Assembly (NCBI GenBank): GCA_963810095.1
Contig: CAWEMM010000007.1
Location: forward strand, 576,001-640,000
Origin: an uncultured Chloroflexia bacterium
Lineage (GTDB): Bacteria > Chloroflexota > Anaerolineae > CG2-30-64-16
Reading direction: 5' to 3'
Length of the DNA stretch: 64,000 nt
Both the position numbers and the translations under genes were made by a program. Shown here piece by piece: positions 1 to 8,581 of the stretch (within the stretch, counting starts at the first letter, position 1; every line of letters starts with the position of its first letter). Below the pieces are notes generated by a model. It was given only the letters and a program-made list of their open reading frames with translations. It did no database searches and was not told the DNA's origin.

Positions 1-398
1 ATGACCCTTGTAGATCCGCCAGTTCCACACGCGCACCATCAGGCTGGCATGGCCTGATCGAGGTGGACCGTAGTGGGTGACTTCTCCGACTTGGGGTTGC
101 GTAAGGGCTGGTGCTGGGGCGGTGAAGGTGAGGTGTGATAGTAGTACGATCTGCGCAATGAGCGTCAAATCTTACTCGCCTCCCATAAATTGATCTCGCC
201 CGGCTCATTCCGGGACGAGGAATCTAACATTAAGACGCTGATTACAGCAAAACGTTCCCAAGCACGCTGTGCTTGCCTATTCGATTGCTGTAAGGAGATC
301 ATACCGCAAGGGGTGGGACAGTGGATGTAGGGACCCGTACACCCCCGCGCAGCCGTCGGGCGGGGCGGAGCGAGGCCGGTGGGCGTGCGGAGGGCGCG

Positions 399-2234
399 CT
401 AAGCCGGCGGGTATGGCAGCGCGGGCTGGCGGCGGCCCACTTCGGCCACGCCCCGCTCCTCCCAGTCAACCCAATTAACCTGCTCGGCGTGCACGTACGC
501 GTTGACGGCCTCGCCGACCGTCCTGAAGAAGAATGCATCGCCGAACTTGTCGAACAGGCCAAACCGCTTGAGCTTGTCTTTGACCGGGCCCTTCATGGCC
601 GCGAAGCACACCCGCACCTGCGCCGCCTGCAGCTCTTCATGCAGCCGGTCCAGCATGTCCGCCGCAGTGATGTCCACGCTGGTGACCGGCTCGGCCGTGA
701 CCACCAACCAACGCACGGGCGTGGGCGATTCGTCGACCGCGTCGAGCACGCTCGTGCGGAACTGCTCGGAGTTGGCGAAGAAGAGCGGCGCGTCCCAGCG
801 GAACAGCACCAGCCCGGGCACCCGTCGCGCCTCGGGGTGGCGCGCAATGTCGTGGTACCCCTTCACGCCGTCGATCCTGCCCAGCACGGCATGGTGCGGC
901 CGCCAGCCATCCCACAGAAACTCGATCACCGCGAGGACGATCGCGAAAATGATGCCGGGGACTGCGCCGAACAGCACGACGCCTGCGAAGCAGCCGAGGG
1001 AGAGCCAGAACTCCCAGCGCTGCATGCGGTAGAGCCGTCCGAGGTCGCGCACCTCGAACAGCCCGATCGCCGCGGCAATCACCACCGCGGCCAGGGCCGC
1101 GTTTGGCATGTTCTGAAGTAGGTTGGGCGCGGCGATGAGCAGCAGCGCGACGCAAACCCCGCCCGCGACCCCTGCGACCTGTGTCCGCGCGCCCGCGTTC
1201 TCTGCGACAGGCGTGCGGGACGCGGCGCTGTTAACGGGGAAACCTTGAAACAAGCCCGCGGCGAGGTTGGCCATGCCCAGGCCCGCCATCTCACGATTCG
1301 GGTCGACGTAGGCGCCGTCCTTGGCCGCGTAAGCGCGCGAGAGCACGCTGGTCTGAGCGACTGAGACGGCCGCAATCGCGACCGCAGCAGTCGCAAGGGG
1401 CGCCAGGTCTTGCGGACGCACCAGCGGCACGGCTGGAGCGGGCAGCCCTTGGGGCAGTGGCCCGACAACGGCAACGCCGGCACGCTCCGCCAGGTGCAGG
1501 AGGCCGTTACAACGGTGGCCCCTACCACCGCGATCAACACGCCGGGCACTTGCCGCCAGCGCTTGAGCAGCAGCACCACTGCGAGCGTGGCCACGCCGAT
1601 GCCCACCGCTACCCAGTTCGTCTGACCCTTCGCCACACCCTCGCCCAGCGCCGACGCGCGGGAGGGCAGGTTGTCGCCACCGGCCGAGAAGCCGAACACC
1701 CGCGGCAGTTGACTGACGAGCACCATCGAGCGCGATGCCGTTCATGTAGCCGTAGCGGATGGGTTTCGAGAGCAGCTCGGTGACGAAGCCGAGACGTGCA
1801 ACGCCGACGAAGACGCAAATAAGGCCCGAGAAGATGGCCAGGGCCGCGGCGAGGGTCATCGCCCGGCCCACATCGCCGGCCGCCAATGGGATGATCGCGG
1901 TGGCGATCATCGGCGTCAGAGCGGCGTCGGGCCCGAAGATCAAGATGCGGCTGGGCCCGAAGACGGCGTATGCCAGCAGAGGAAAGATTGAGGCGTAGAG
2001 GCCGATGCTCGGCGGCAGGCCGCACGCCTGCGCATAAGCCATGCCCGCGGGGATCAGAACGGCAGTGAGCACGAGGCCCGCGACCAGATCACGGGCCAGC
2101 CAGCCGGCGCGGTAATGCCGGATCATATGGAAGCCCGGCACCCAGGCGAGCGCACCTTGTTGGTCGCGGTCAGGCTTCGGCCGCACGATGCGGCCGGGCT
2201 CGGGGCGGCTGCCGGCTTCGCTGCTTGTCGTCAT
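399..2234 (-). CDS. sulP: SulP family anion transporter with C-terminal STAS domain (two compensating frameshifts, ~1728 and ~1500)
   Basis: DLVAGLVLTAVLIPAGMAYA, GLYASIFP..YAVFGPSR, NREMAGLGMANLAAGLFQGFP..SRT and STAS-like LFFANS..VDITAADML. The hydrophobic middle segment is in ORF 1079..1726. Confidence 0.9.
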   Translation of the reverse strand: MTTSSEAGSRPEPGRIVRPKPDRDQQGALAWVPGFHMIRHYRAGWLARDLVAGLVLTAVLIPAGMAYAQACGLPPSIGLYASIFPLLAYAVFGPSRILIFGPDAALTPMIATAIIPLAAGDVGRAMTLAAALAIFSGLICVFVGVARLGFVTELLSKPIRYGYMNGIALDGARQSTAAGVRLLGRWRQPALPRVGAGRGCGEGSDELGSGGHRRGHARSGAAAQALAASARRVDRGGRGHRCNGLLHLAERAGVAVVGPLPQGLPAPAVPLVRPQDLAPLATAAVAIAAVSVAQTSVLSRAYAAKDGAYVDPNREMAGLGMANLAAGLFQGFPVNSAASRTPVAENAGARTQVAGVAGGVCVALLLIAAPNLLQNMPNAALAAVVIAAAIGLFEVRDLGRLYRMQRWEFWLSLGCFAGVVLFGAVPGIIFAIVLAVIEFLWDGWRPHHAVLGRIDGVKGYHDIARHPEARRVPGLVLFRWDAPLFFANSEQFRTSVLDAVDESPTPVRWLVVTAEPVTSVDITAADMLDRLHEELQAAQVRVCFAAMKGPVKDKLKRFGLFDKFGDAFFFRTVGEAVNAYVHAEQVNWVDWEERGVAEVGRRQPALPYPPA

Positions 2235-2275
2235 CCTGCTGGGCCTCCGGACAAACGACGTTCGGGAGAGTCCCT

Positions 2276-2304
2276 ACGTTAGCACTGCCGCGCCGCGCTG
2301 TCAA
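2276..2304 (-). promoter_or_regulatory. Sigma70-type promoter for sulP
   Basis: Minus strand TTGACA-17 nt-TAACGT with TG extended -10, ~40 nt before the ATG at 2234. Confidence 0.6.
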
Positions 2305-2353
2305 TCGCCGGGAGACCGGAGGCCGCGTTTCAAACTGCAGGCAAGGTCAGCGG

Positions 2354-2480
2354 AGCATCCTGAGCGGAGCCGAGTGAAACGTAGCGGAATCGAAGGATGC
2401 GGAGCGGCTTCGCGCTGAGAAGGCCGCATCCTTCGACGCCGTTTCCCCAAAACCGCAAGCGGAACTCCGGTCAGGATGCT
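2354..2480. repeat. Nested palindromic REP-like element
   Basis: AGCATCCTGAGCGGAG pairs with CTCCGGTCAGGATGCT (1 mismatch); inner TCGAAGGATGCGG (2390-2402) pairs with CCGCATCCTTCGA (2424-2436). A related half copy lies near 12518-12563. Confidence 0.7.
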
Positions 2481-2575
2481 TTCGCCCCCAAACGAGACAC
2501 ACCCGCGACCAGGTCAAAGCCTGCGAAGAGCGCGGTGGGGCCTAAGCGCGCTCTTCCGAGCGGACACCGTTTCGC

Positions 2576-3484
2576 TTATGGGAGCTCCACCGCAATCGCG
2601 GCCAGCTCGAACCCCCAGCGCCACAGGATCGGGTTACCCTGCTTCGGGAAAATGGTGATTTCGGCCGTGTAGGACGTGTCGAAATCGGGCCGGGGCGCGC
2701 CGCGCGCCAACTGGGTGTCGGGCCACTTATAGCCCATCCGCGAGAAACGGAGCACATTGCACTGCCCGTTCTCGTCAGAGAAGAGGCAGTAGGGCGCGTT
2801 CCGCTCGATCGTGTCGTAGGCGACGACCTCGTCCCCGTTGTCGTCCACGTACTTGATCTTGAACTCGACCTGCTGGATGCCCGCGCCGATTGCTTGCCCC
2901 GCCCGCCGGTCCAGCGGCTCGACGCCAAAGCCGAGTCCGTCGCCGAACCGGATCTGCCCGTTCGCATCCAGCACGTCCTCGATCAGCTTCTGGTCGGCCC
3001 GGGGAATGATGATGTACTGGCCGTTGTTGACGTTGGCCGGGCCCCGGACCACCGGGTTGTTGCTTAGGTCACCCCCATTGACACGCGTGCGTGAGACCCG
3101 CTCGTCGGTCGTCTGGGGCACAGGCGGGATCTGGCCGGGCGTCAGCGTGCTCGCGGCCGGCTGGCAGGCAACAGTCTGCGCGTCGGCGGGCAGGAAGCCT
3201 AGCGAACGCCCCGGTGTCTGCTGCACCTCGACCCAACTCCCGCCCGGCACACCGATCTTGACAAAGGTAATCCCCTGCAACACGGTGCCCTGGATGAACT
3301 TGCCGACCGCCGGATACGCGGTCCCCGGGCCGATGCGCAAAAAGACATCCGCCGCCAGCACTCGACAGGATGCCACGCCGCCCGCCTCGGACGGTGCAGC
3401 GCCGGCAGCGCCCGCACCGGCAACTAGCAACATCGCCGCCAGGGCGATCGTGATGACCCGCAAAGCCGCAAACGGTCTGTACAT
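2576..3484 (-). CDS. Secreted protein with bacterial SH3-like domain and Cys-containing C-terminal domain
   Basis: Signal peptide (MYRPFAALRVITIALAAMLLVAGAGA); SH3b-like LRIGPGTAYPAVG...WVEV; starts 10 nt after the CHAT gene stop. Confidence 0.75.
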   Translation of the reverse strand: MYRPFAALRVITIALAAMLLVAGAGAAGAAPSEAGGVASCRVLAADVFLRIGPGTAYPAVGKFIQGTVLQGITFVKIGVPGGSWVEVQQTPGRSLGFLPADAQTVACQPAASTLTPGQIPPVPQTTDERVSRTRVNGGDLSNNPVVRGPANVNNGQYIIIPRADQKLIEDVLDANGQIRFGDGLGFGVEPLDRRAGQAIGAGIQQVEFKIKYVDDNGDEVVAYDTIERNAPYCLFSDENGQCNVLRFSRMGYKWPDTQLARGAPRPDFDTSYTAEITIFPKQGNPILWRWGFELAAIAVELP

Positions 3485-3494
3485 TCTCTGCCTC

Positions 3495-6020
3495 CTAACC
3501 CAACCTTGCCAACTCCTGCTCGACCTGATCGATTGCAGGCGTGCAGCCTCCGTCTATGATATCGACCCGCAGCGTCTCGTCGTCCGGCGTCTTGGCCAAT
3601 GGCAGCTTACACGCTTCGAACTCGGTCCGCGCTTGCTCGAAGAGCTGCCGCGCCCGCTCGAGGTTGCCTGCGCCCGCGGCCAGCCGGCCGCCGCAGAGCC
3701 GGGCGGCGCCCGCAATCGCATGATACTGGGCGACCATGCGCCACAGATTCCCGCGCTGCAGCGTATCCAGGATGGATGGATCCAGGGCGCGGTCGGCCTG
3801 GTCGAGTACCCTCTGTGCGTCCGCGCTCGTCTGCTCCAAGGGGCTCTGGCCGTACAGGTAGCACAGCGTTTCGGCATGTGCGACCAGCGCGTCGCCCTGT
3901 CCGAGCCGCGCGATCGGCAGCTGCGGGCTGGCAGTAGCGCCCTGTGCGGCGGCATCGTCCGAAGCCTTCGCCGCCTGCGTAACGGCCAGTTCGTACTGGT
4001 TCTCCGCCTGCTCCTGCAGCCCGCCCGGCTCCAGGCTCGTCAAGGGATCGGCCGCGATCGCGAGATCGAGCAGCGCGCCTGCCAGCACGATCCGCGCGCG
4101 CACGTTGTTCTGATCGATCTGCAGCGCCCGGTTCGCGTCGTCCGCCGCGGCCTGGCTCTGGTGCAGAAACAGCTTCTCGCGCGCCAGGAAGTAGTACACG
4201 TCGTCGATCCCCGAGCCGGCCGGCGCGCGCTGTACCGCCCCGTCCTGAGACACCGGTTGTGACGGCGCTGCGGCAGTGGCCAGGCCCAGCTTTGCCTCCA
4301 GCGCCTGGAGCACGGTGAGCGCTCGGGCGTGGTCGCCGATCGCGTCGTACTGCAGCGCGAGGACGATGGTGTTCATAATCTCCATCCGCCGGGTCACTTC
4401 GCGGCGGACGGCTTCCCGGCCCGCCGAGTCCTGCGCCAGGTCGCCGACGAACGCGATGGGTTGGCCCAGCGTGTAGTAGCCAATGGCCTCGCCCGCGGTC
4501 GCCGCCAGGCGGGGGAACACGAAGAACTCGGGGGCGAGCTCAAACTTGTCTTGAGACTGGCCCGGCTCCCGCGTGATGCGGGCCGAGATGACGACGTTCG
4601 CCTGGATGCGGTCGGCCAGCACGCGCGCTTCGGCCTCCCGTTCCCCGTCCGTCGACTTCTGCAGTACGGGCAGCGGGTCGCGCTTCTGCGAGCGCGGCAG
4701 CCCGTTATACCAGACGCCCACCCGCTCGGTCGACGTGACCGGGTCGCCCCGCGCGCCAAGCTGCGCCACCATCCACGATCGAACGAGCGCTGCGTTGGGA
4801 GCGGCCGCAAACTTGCCGTCGTTGCCCTGCAGCCCGGGGTCGAGCACCGCGACGTTGAGCGTGTTCGTGCTGTCCATCTGCGTCGGGCCGGCCCGCCACC
4901 AGATGAAGAAACCGAGGAGCGCAACCGCGACGACCGCGGCCGCAGCCCCGAGCGCAAGCCTGATCCGTTTCTGCCGGATCGCCGGGTCGGGCCGCCACAG
5001 GTGGCCGTCGGCCGCCCGCATGTACAGCACGGCCGTGGCCCACTCGCTGGGGAAGCCGCCCGAGTACAGCGTCTTGCGCGCCTCGGCCATGGCCTCGTCG
5101 ACGGCCGCACCCGCCGCCAGTGCCGTGTAGAAGCTGCGAGCCAGCGCCTCGGCAGCGGCGGCAGAAATGGCCGAGCGCATCGCGATAACCGCCGGCACGC
5201 CCCCGCGCACCAGCCGCTGCGCGACGCCGGAGTACGGGTCCTGCACACCGCTGACCGCGCCCCGGCACGCGCTGATGACTGCGAGGCGCAGCGACCGCTG
5301 ATCGCGCAGCAAGGTGGTGAACGTTTCGCCGCTGACTGCGTCGCCCTTGCCGTCGGCCGCGGTCAGCAGCAGCACGCTGTCCTGATCGTCCTCAGAGTAG
5401 TCCCCGTGGCCGAGGAAGTGCAGGATGTGGTACTCCTGCTTGAGCAACTGCCGCTGCAGGTTGTCGACCGTGGGCGGGTCCAGCCGGTCTACCGTGACGA
5501 CCCCGCGGCCCTCCAGGTCGGCCATGCCCTGCTTGAGGTTCGTCCATTCCTGGTCTGCGTCGAGTGGTGGATAGTCTGACGGGCTGGAGAAAACCGCCAG
5601 CACCCGCAGCCGGATTTCCGGCGTCCCGGGCTCGGCAGGCTCGGGCAGGTCGAGGTAGCGCACAAGGGGTGTCTCGCGCGAGAGCCCGAGGAAGGTCGCC
5701 CGCTGCCCGTCGTACATCAACTCCCACGGCAAGCCGGCGAGTTCGGGCGTCTCCGAGAGCCGCAGGCGGATGCGCAGCCCCCGGTCCGAGCGCTGTGCGC
5801 TGTCGAGGCTGCGGCGCAGGCAGCCAAGCACGTCGCCGCTGAACACCGCGTCAAACAGCGCGCCGCCCATCACTTGCGGCGCAGCGTCGGCCGGCAGGTG
5901 GTCGACCGGCCCCAGCTGCGCACGCGCCTCTCCCGCAGGCGAGCTCAGGACGTGCGCGCGGTAGCCGCCGTCGGCTTTCTCGATCTCCAGGTCGAAGTTG
6001 AGATACACCAGCTCGGGCAT
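3495..6020 (-). CDS. CHAT (caspase-like) domain protein with one TM helix and C-terminal TPR-like region
   Basis: LPWELM, HILHFLGHG (catalytic His), ISACRG (catalytic Cys), VPAVIAM, FYTAL; TM LALGAAAAVVAVALLGFFIWW; helical repeats after it. Start taken at MPELVYLNF. Confidence 0.88.
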   Translation of the reverse strand: MPELVYLNFDLEIEKADGGYRAHVLSSPAGEARAQLGPVDHLPADAAPQVMGGALFDAVFSGDVLGCLRRSLDSAQRSDRGLRIRLRLSETPELAGLPWELMYDGQRATFLGLSRETPLVRYLDLPEPAEPGTPEIRLRVLAVFSSPSDYPPLDADQEWTNLKQGMADLEGRGVVTVDRLDPPTVDNLQRQLLKQEYHILHFLGHGDYSEDDQDSVLLLTAADGKGDAVSGETFTTLLRDQRSLRLAVISACRGAVSGVQDPYSGVAQRLVRGGVPAVIAMRSAISAAAAEALARSFYTALAAGAAVDEAMAEARKTLYSGGFPSEWATAVLYMRAADGHLWRPDPAIRQKRIRLALGAAAAVVAVALLGFFIWWRAGPTQMDSTNTLNVAVLDPGLQGNDGKFAAAPNAALVRSWMVAQLGARGDPVTSTERVGVWYNGLPRSQKRDPLPVLQKSTDGEREAEARVLADRIQANVVISARITREPGQSQDKFELAPEFFVFPRLAATAGEAIGYYTLGQPIAFVGDLAQDSAGREAVRREVTRRMEIMNTIVLALQYDAIGDHARALTVLQALEAKLGLATAAAPSQPVSQDGAVQRAPAGSGIDDVYYFLAREKLFLHQSQAAADDANRALQIDQNNVRARIVLAGALLDLAIAADPLTSLEPGGLQEQAENQYELAVTQAAKASDDAAAQGATASPQLPIARLGQGDALVAHAETLCYLYGQSPLEQTSADAQRVLDQADRALDPSILDTLQRGNLWRMVAQYHAIAGAARLCGGRLAAGAGNLERARQLFEQARTEFEACKLPLAKTPDDETLRVDIIDGGCTPAIDQVEQELARLG

Positions 6021-6098
6021 GCGTGACTGACTCCCCGGCAACAACAAAGCCCAGGAGCGATCCTGGCCTGGGCCGCATTCCTGGGTGCAACTTGTACG

Positions 6099-6127
6099 AT
6101 ACTAGCACGCTTATTGGTCTGTGTCAA
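6099..6127 (-). promoter_or_regulatory. Sigma70-type promoter for the CHAT-SH3 operon
   Basis: Minus strand TTGACA-17 nt-TAGTAT with TG extension. Confidence 0.65.
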
Positions 6128-6282
6128 CGGCCTGGAAAAGGGGGGTGGCGCGTTCCAGTCTGGGGCAGAATGAGCATCCAGAGCAACGCCGGCTGCACAG
6201 GCGCACGCCGAGGATGGAGCTCTCCAATTACGTGGGGGAAGTGAGAGGGACCCCGGGCCGCGGTGTCGACCCGCCCCGTGCT

Positions 6283-8282
6283 TCAGTCGTGGGGCAGGAC
6301 CACCCGCACGAGCGTGCCTTCGCCCGCCCGGCTTTCGATCTCCCAGCTACCCCCGATCTTGGCGGCGCGCTCGCGCATGGAGTGCAGGCCCATGTGGCCG
6401 GGATAGGGCGTAGTGGCGTCAAAGCCGGACCCGTCGTCCCTCACTTCGAGCCTTACCCCGGCATCCACGCATGCCAGCGACACGGTGATCCGGCTGGCTT
6501 GCGCGTGCCTGGCCGCGTTGTTGGTCGCCTCCTGCGCGATGCGGTAGAGGGCCTCTTTCGTCTCCACGGACAAATCAGGCTCAGCCGGCACCTCCAAGTC
6601 GACCTCGAGGGCGTAGCGGGCGCGCAGAAGGTCGGCATGCCGGCCGAGCGCGTGCACCAGGCCGCCCGTCACGAGCAGGTCGGGCCGGAGCTCGAAGATC
6701 AGCGCACGCATCTCGGCCAGCCCCGTTGCCGCAATCGAGCGCAGGTTGTCGAGCCGGGAAGCGAGCCATTCCGGATCCGCGTCAAGCCGGTGCTGCATGC
6801 CGTGGACGGCCAGCAAGATGCCGTACAGCGCCTGCGAAACCGAGTCGTGCAGCTCGCGGGCCAGGCGTTCCCGCTCTGCGAGCGCGGCTGCCCGTTGGGC
6901 TGCCTCGTACAGCTGGGCGTTGGCAATGGCGATGGCCACCTGGTACGCCAGCGTCAGGGCGTGCTCGCTTTCGTCGCGCGTGAAATGTCCCGGCTCGCGG
7001 TGGTCCAGGCGCAGCAGTCCGATCAACTTCCCCTTCGTGATGAGAGGCAGACCCAGCCAGGCCCTCGCATAACTCATCTGCGGTGCGACAGCCTCGTCCC
7101 ACACGGGCCAGCCCGACCCCGACGCGGCAGCGTCTGCCCAGACGTCCTGCACCAGGACCGGGGCTCGGGTCTCGACGACCCTCCGCCAGCCGCTGTCGCG
7201 CCCCAGCCCGATGCGGGCCCCGACGACCTTGTCGCGGTCGGCCGGGCCGGCATAGTCCAGGACGACGAGTTCCTGGTCATCCAGGATCGCAATGGCGGCG
7301 CCCGTGTAGTCGATGGCCGACCGCAGCTCGACCAGGATGTGAGCCAGCAATGTGCGCAGATCGAGCTCCGAAGCGACATCCCGGCTGATCTCGAGCACCG
7401 TCGCCAACTGGCGGGTGCGCTCGGCCACCCGCGCCTCGAGCTGCTCGTTCGCCTCGACCAGGGCTTCCTCCGCCCGCTTACGGTCCGAGATATCGCGGAA
7501 GGAGAGGCTGGTGCGTTGGCTGCCGTCGCGATCGGTAAAGATGGCGGACGAGACCTCGGCGGGGAAGTGCGAGCCGTCGGCCCGGACCAACGTCAACTCC
7601 CCCGCGCTTTCCCGGTGGTCGCGCGCTCCTCAAGAATCGGCGCCAGCCGTGGATCGGACAGGTCGACCACGCCCGCCCGGCCCACCGCACAAATCTCCTG
7701 CTCCGTCCTGCCAAGCAACAGGCATGCAGCGGGATTCGCTGCTAAAATCGCGCCGTCGGGGTCGGTCAGGACGATCGCGTCGATGCTGTGCTCGAAGAGC
7801 GAACGGAAACGGTTCTCGCTCTCTCGCAGCGCTGCTTCGGCGCCGCGGCTCTCGGTGATATCTGCGAAGGACGCCACGACGCTGTACGGGCAGGCTTCGC
7901 CGGGCCGGAACAGCGGCTGCGTGTTCACCAGGACCCAGACGCGTGATCCATCGGCGTGTCGCACGCCCATTACGACGTCGTGCAGCGGCTCGCCCGTGCG
8001 CAGGGTGATCGGGATGGGATGGTCCTCTCCCCGTATGGGCGCGCCATCTGCGTCGGTGGCCTGCCAGCGTGGGTCGAACGAGGTGAGGCCCATCATCTGG
8101 TCCCGAGTCAGTCCAAGAATGCGCTCGGCGCTGGCATTGCAAGCGGTGATGCGCCCTTGGGCATCCTGCATGACGATGCCTTCTGACATCGCAGTGACGA
8201 TCGACCGGTAACGTTCTTCGCTTTCGATCAGCGCTTCTGCGACGCGCTCCACCTCGGAGGGGGTGCGGGATTTCGAGTGCAC
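6283..8282 (-). CDS. Soluble PAS-PAS-GAF sensor histidine kinase, HisKA_3 (NarX/NreB-like); frameshift at ~7598
   Basis: Two PAS domains, GAF, H-box ERERLARELHDSVSQAL, EATNNAARHA, DDGSGFD, GHMGL. Adding one G to the G-run joins ORFs 7593..8324 and 6283..7596 as KARGELTL. GTG start at 8282 chosen from GGAG RBS and upstream TATAAT (8314-8319). Confidence 0.88.
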
Positions 8283-8581
8283 ACACAACTCCACAGCACA
8301 GATTCGCCTTCGCATTATAGCCATTCGCGGTCAGGCTGTCCACGCGGAATCTCCCCCTCTGAGCAATTCCAAATGGTCACGCTGCAAAGCGTCCTTCGGC
8401 TGTGGCTTGCCATGAACCCCGCCGTGTGCTAGGATGCCCCGTGCTTCGGGGGCGCGAAACCTGCACGTTTCGCCCCTCGGGCAGTTGAACCAGCCTCGTG
8501 AGCAGTGGCTGCGGTCTTCGAACCGAATCTCGCCTTGCGTAGTCATTTGTCGCGTGCAGTGTCTATATCGGACGGAAACCG

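Noticed and set aside
1-240. Possible gene start on the minus strand (MVRVWNWRIYKGH at 39..1)
   Set aside because: Only 13 codons are visible and there is no recognisable motif
3495-6020. CHAT protein as part of a CRISPR type III-E (Craspase) or gasdermin system
   Set aside because: No Cas7-11, array or gasdermin-like gene nearby, and the protein is membrane-anchored
7590-7605. Programmed ribosomal frameshifting or phase variation
   Set aside because: Short homopolymer only, and indels are scattered over many unrelated genes, which fits sequencing error
6121-8211. Long antisense ORFs (also 2838..4262, 18030..19820, 26070..27599, 39218..41251, 46814..48562)
   Set aside because: They lie opposite well-supported genes, show no motifs, and are the expected shadow of high-GC codon usage
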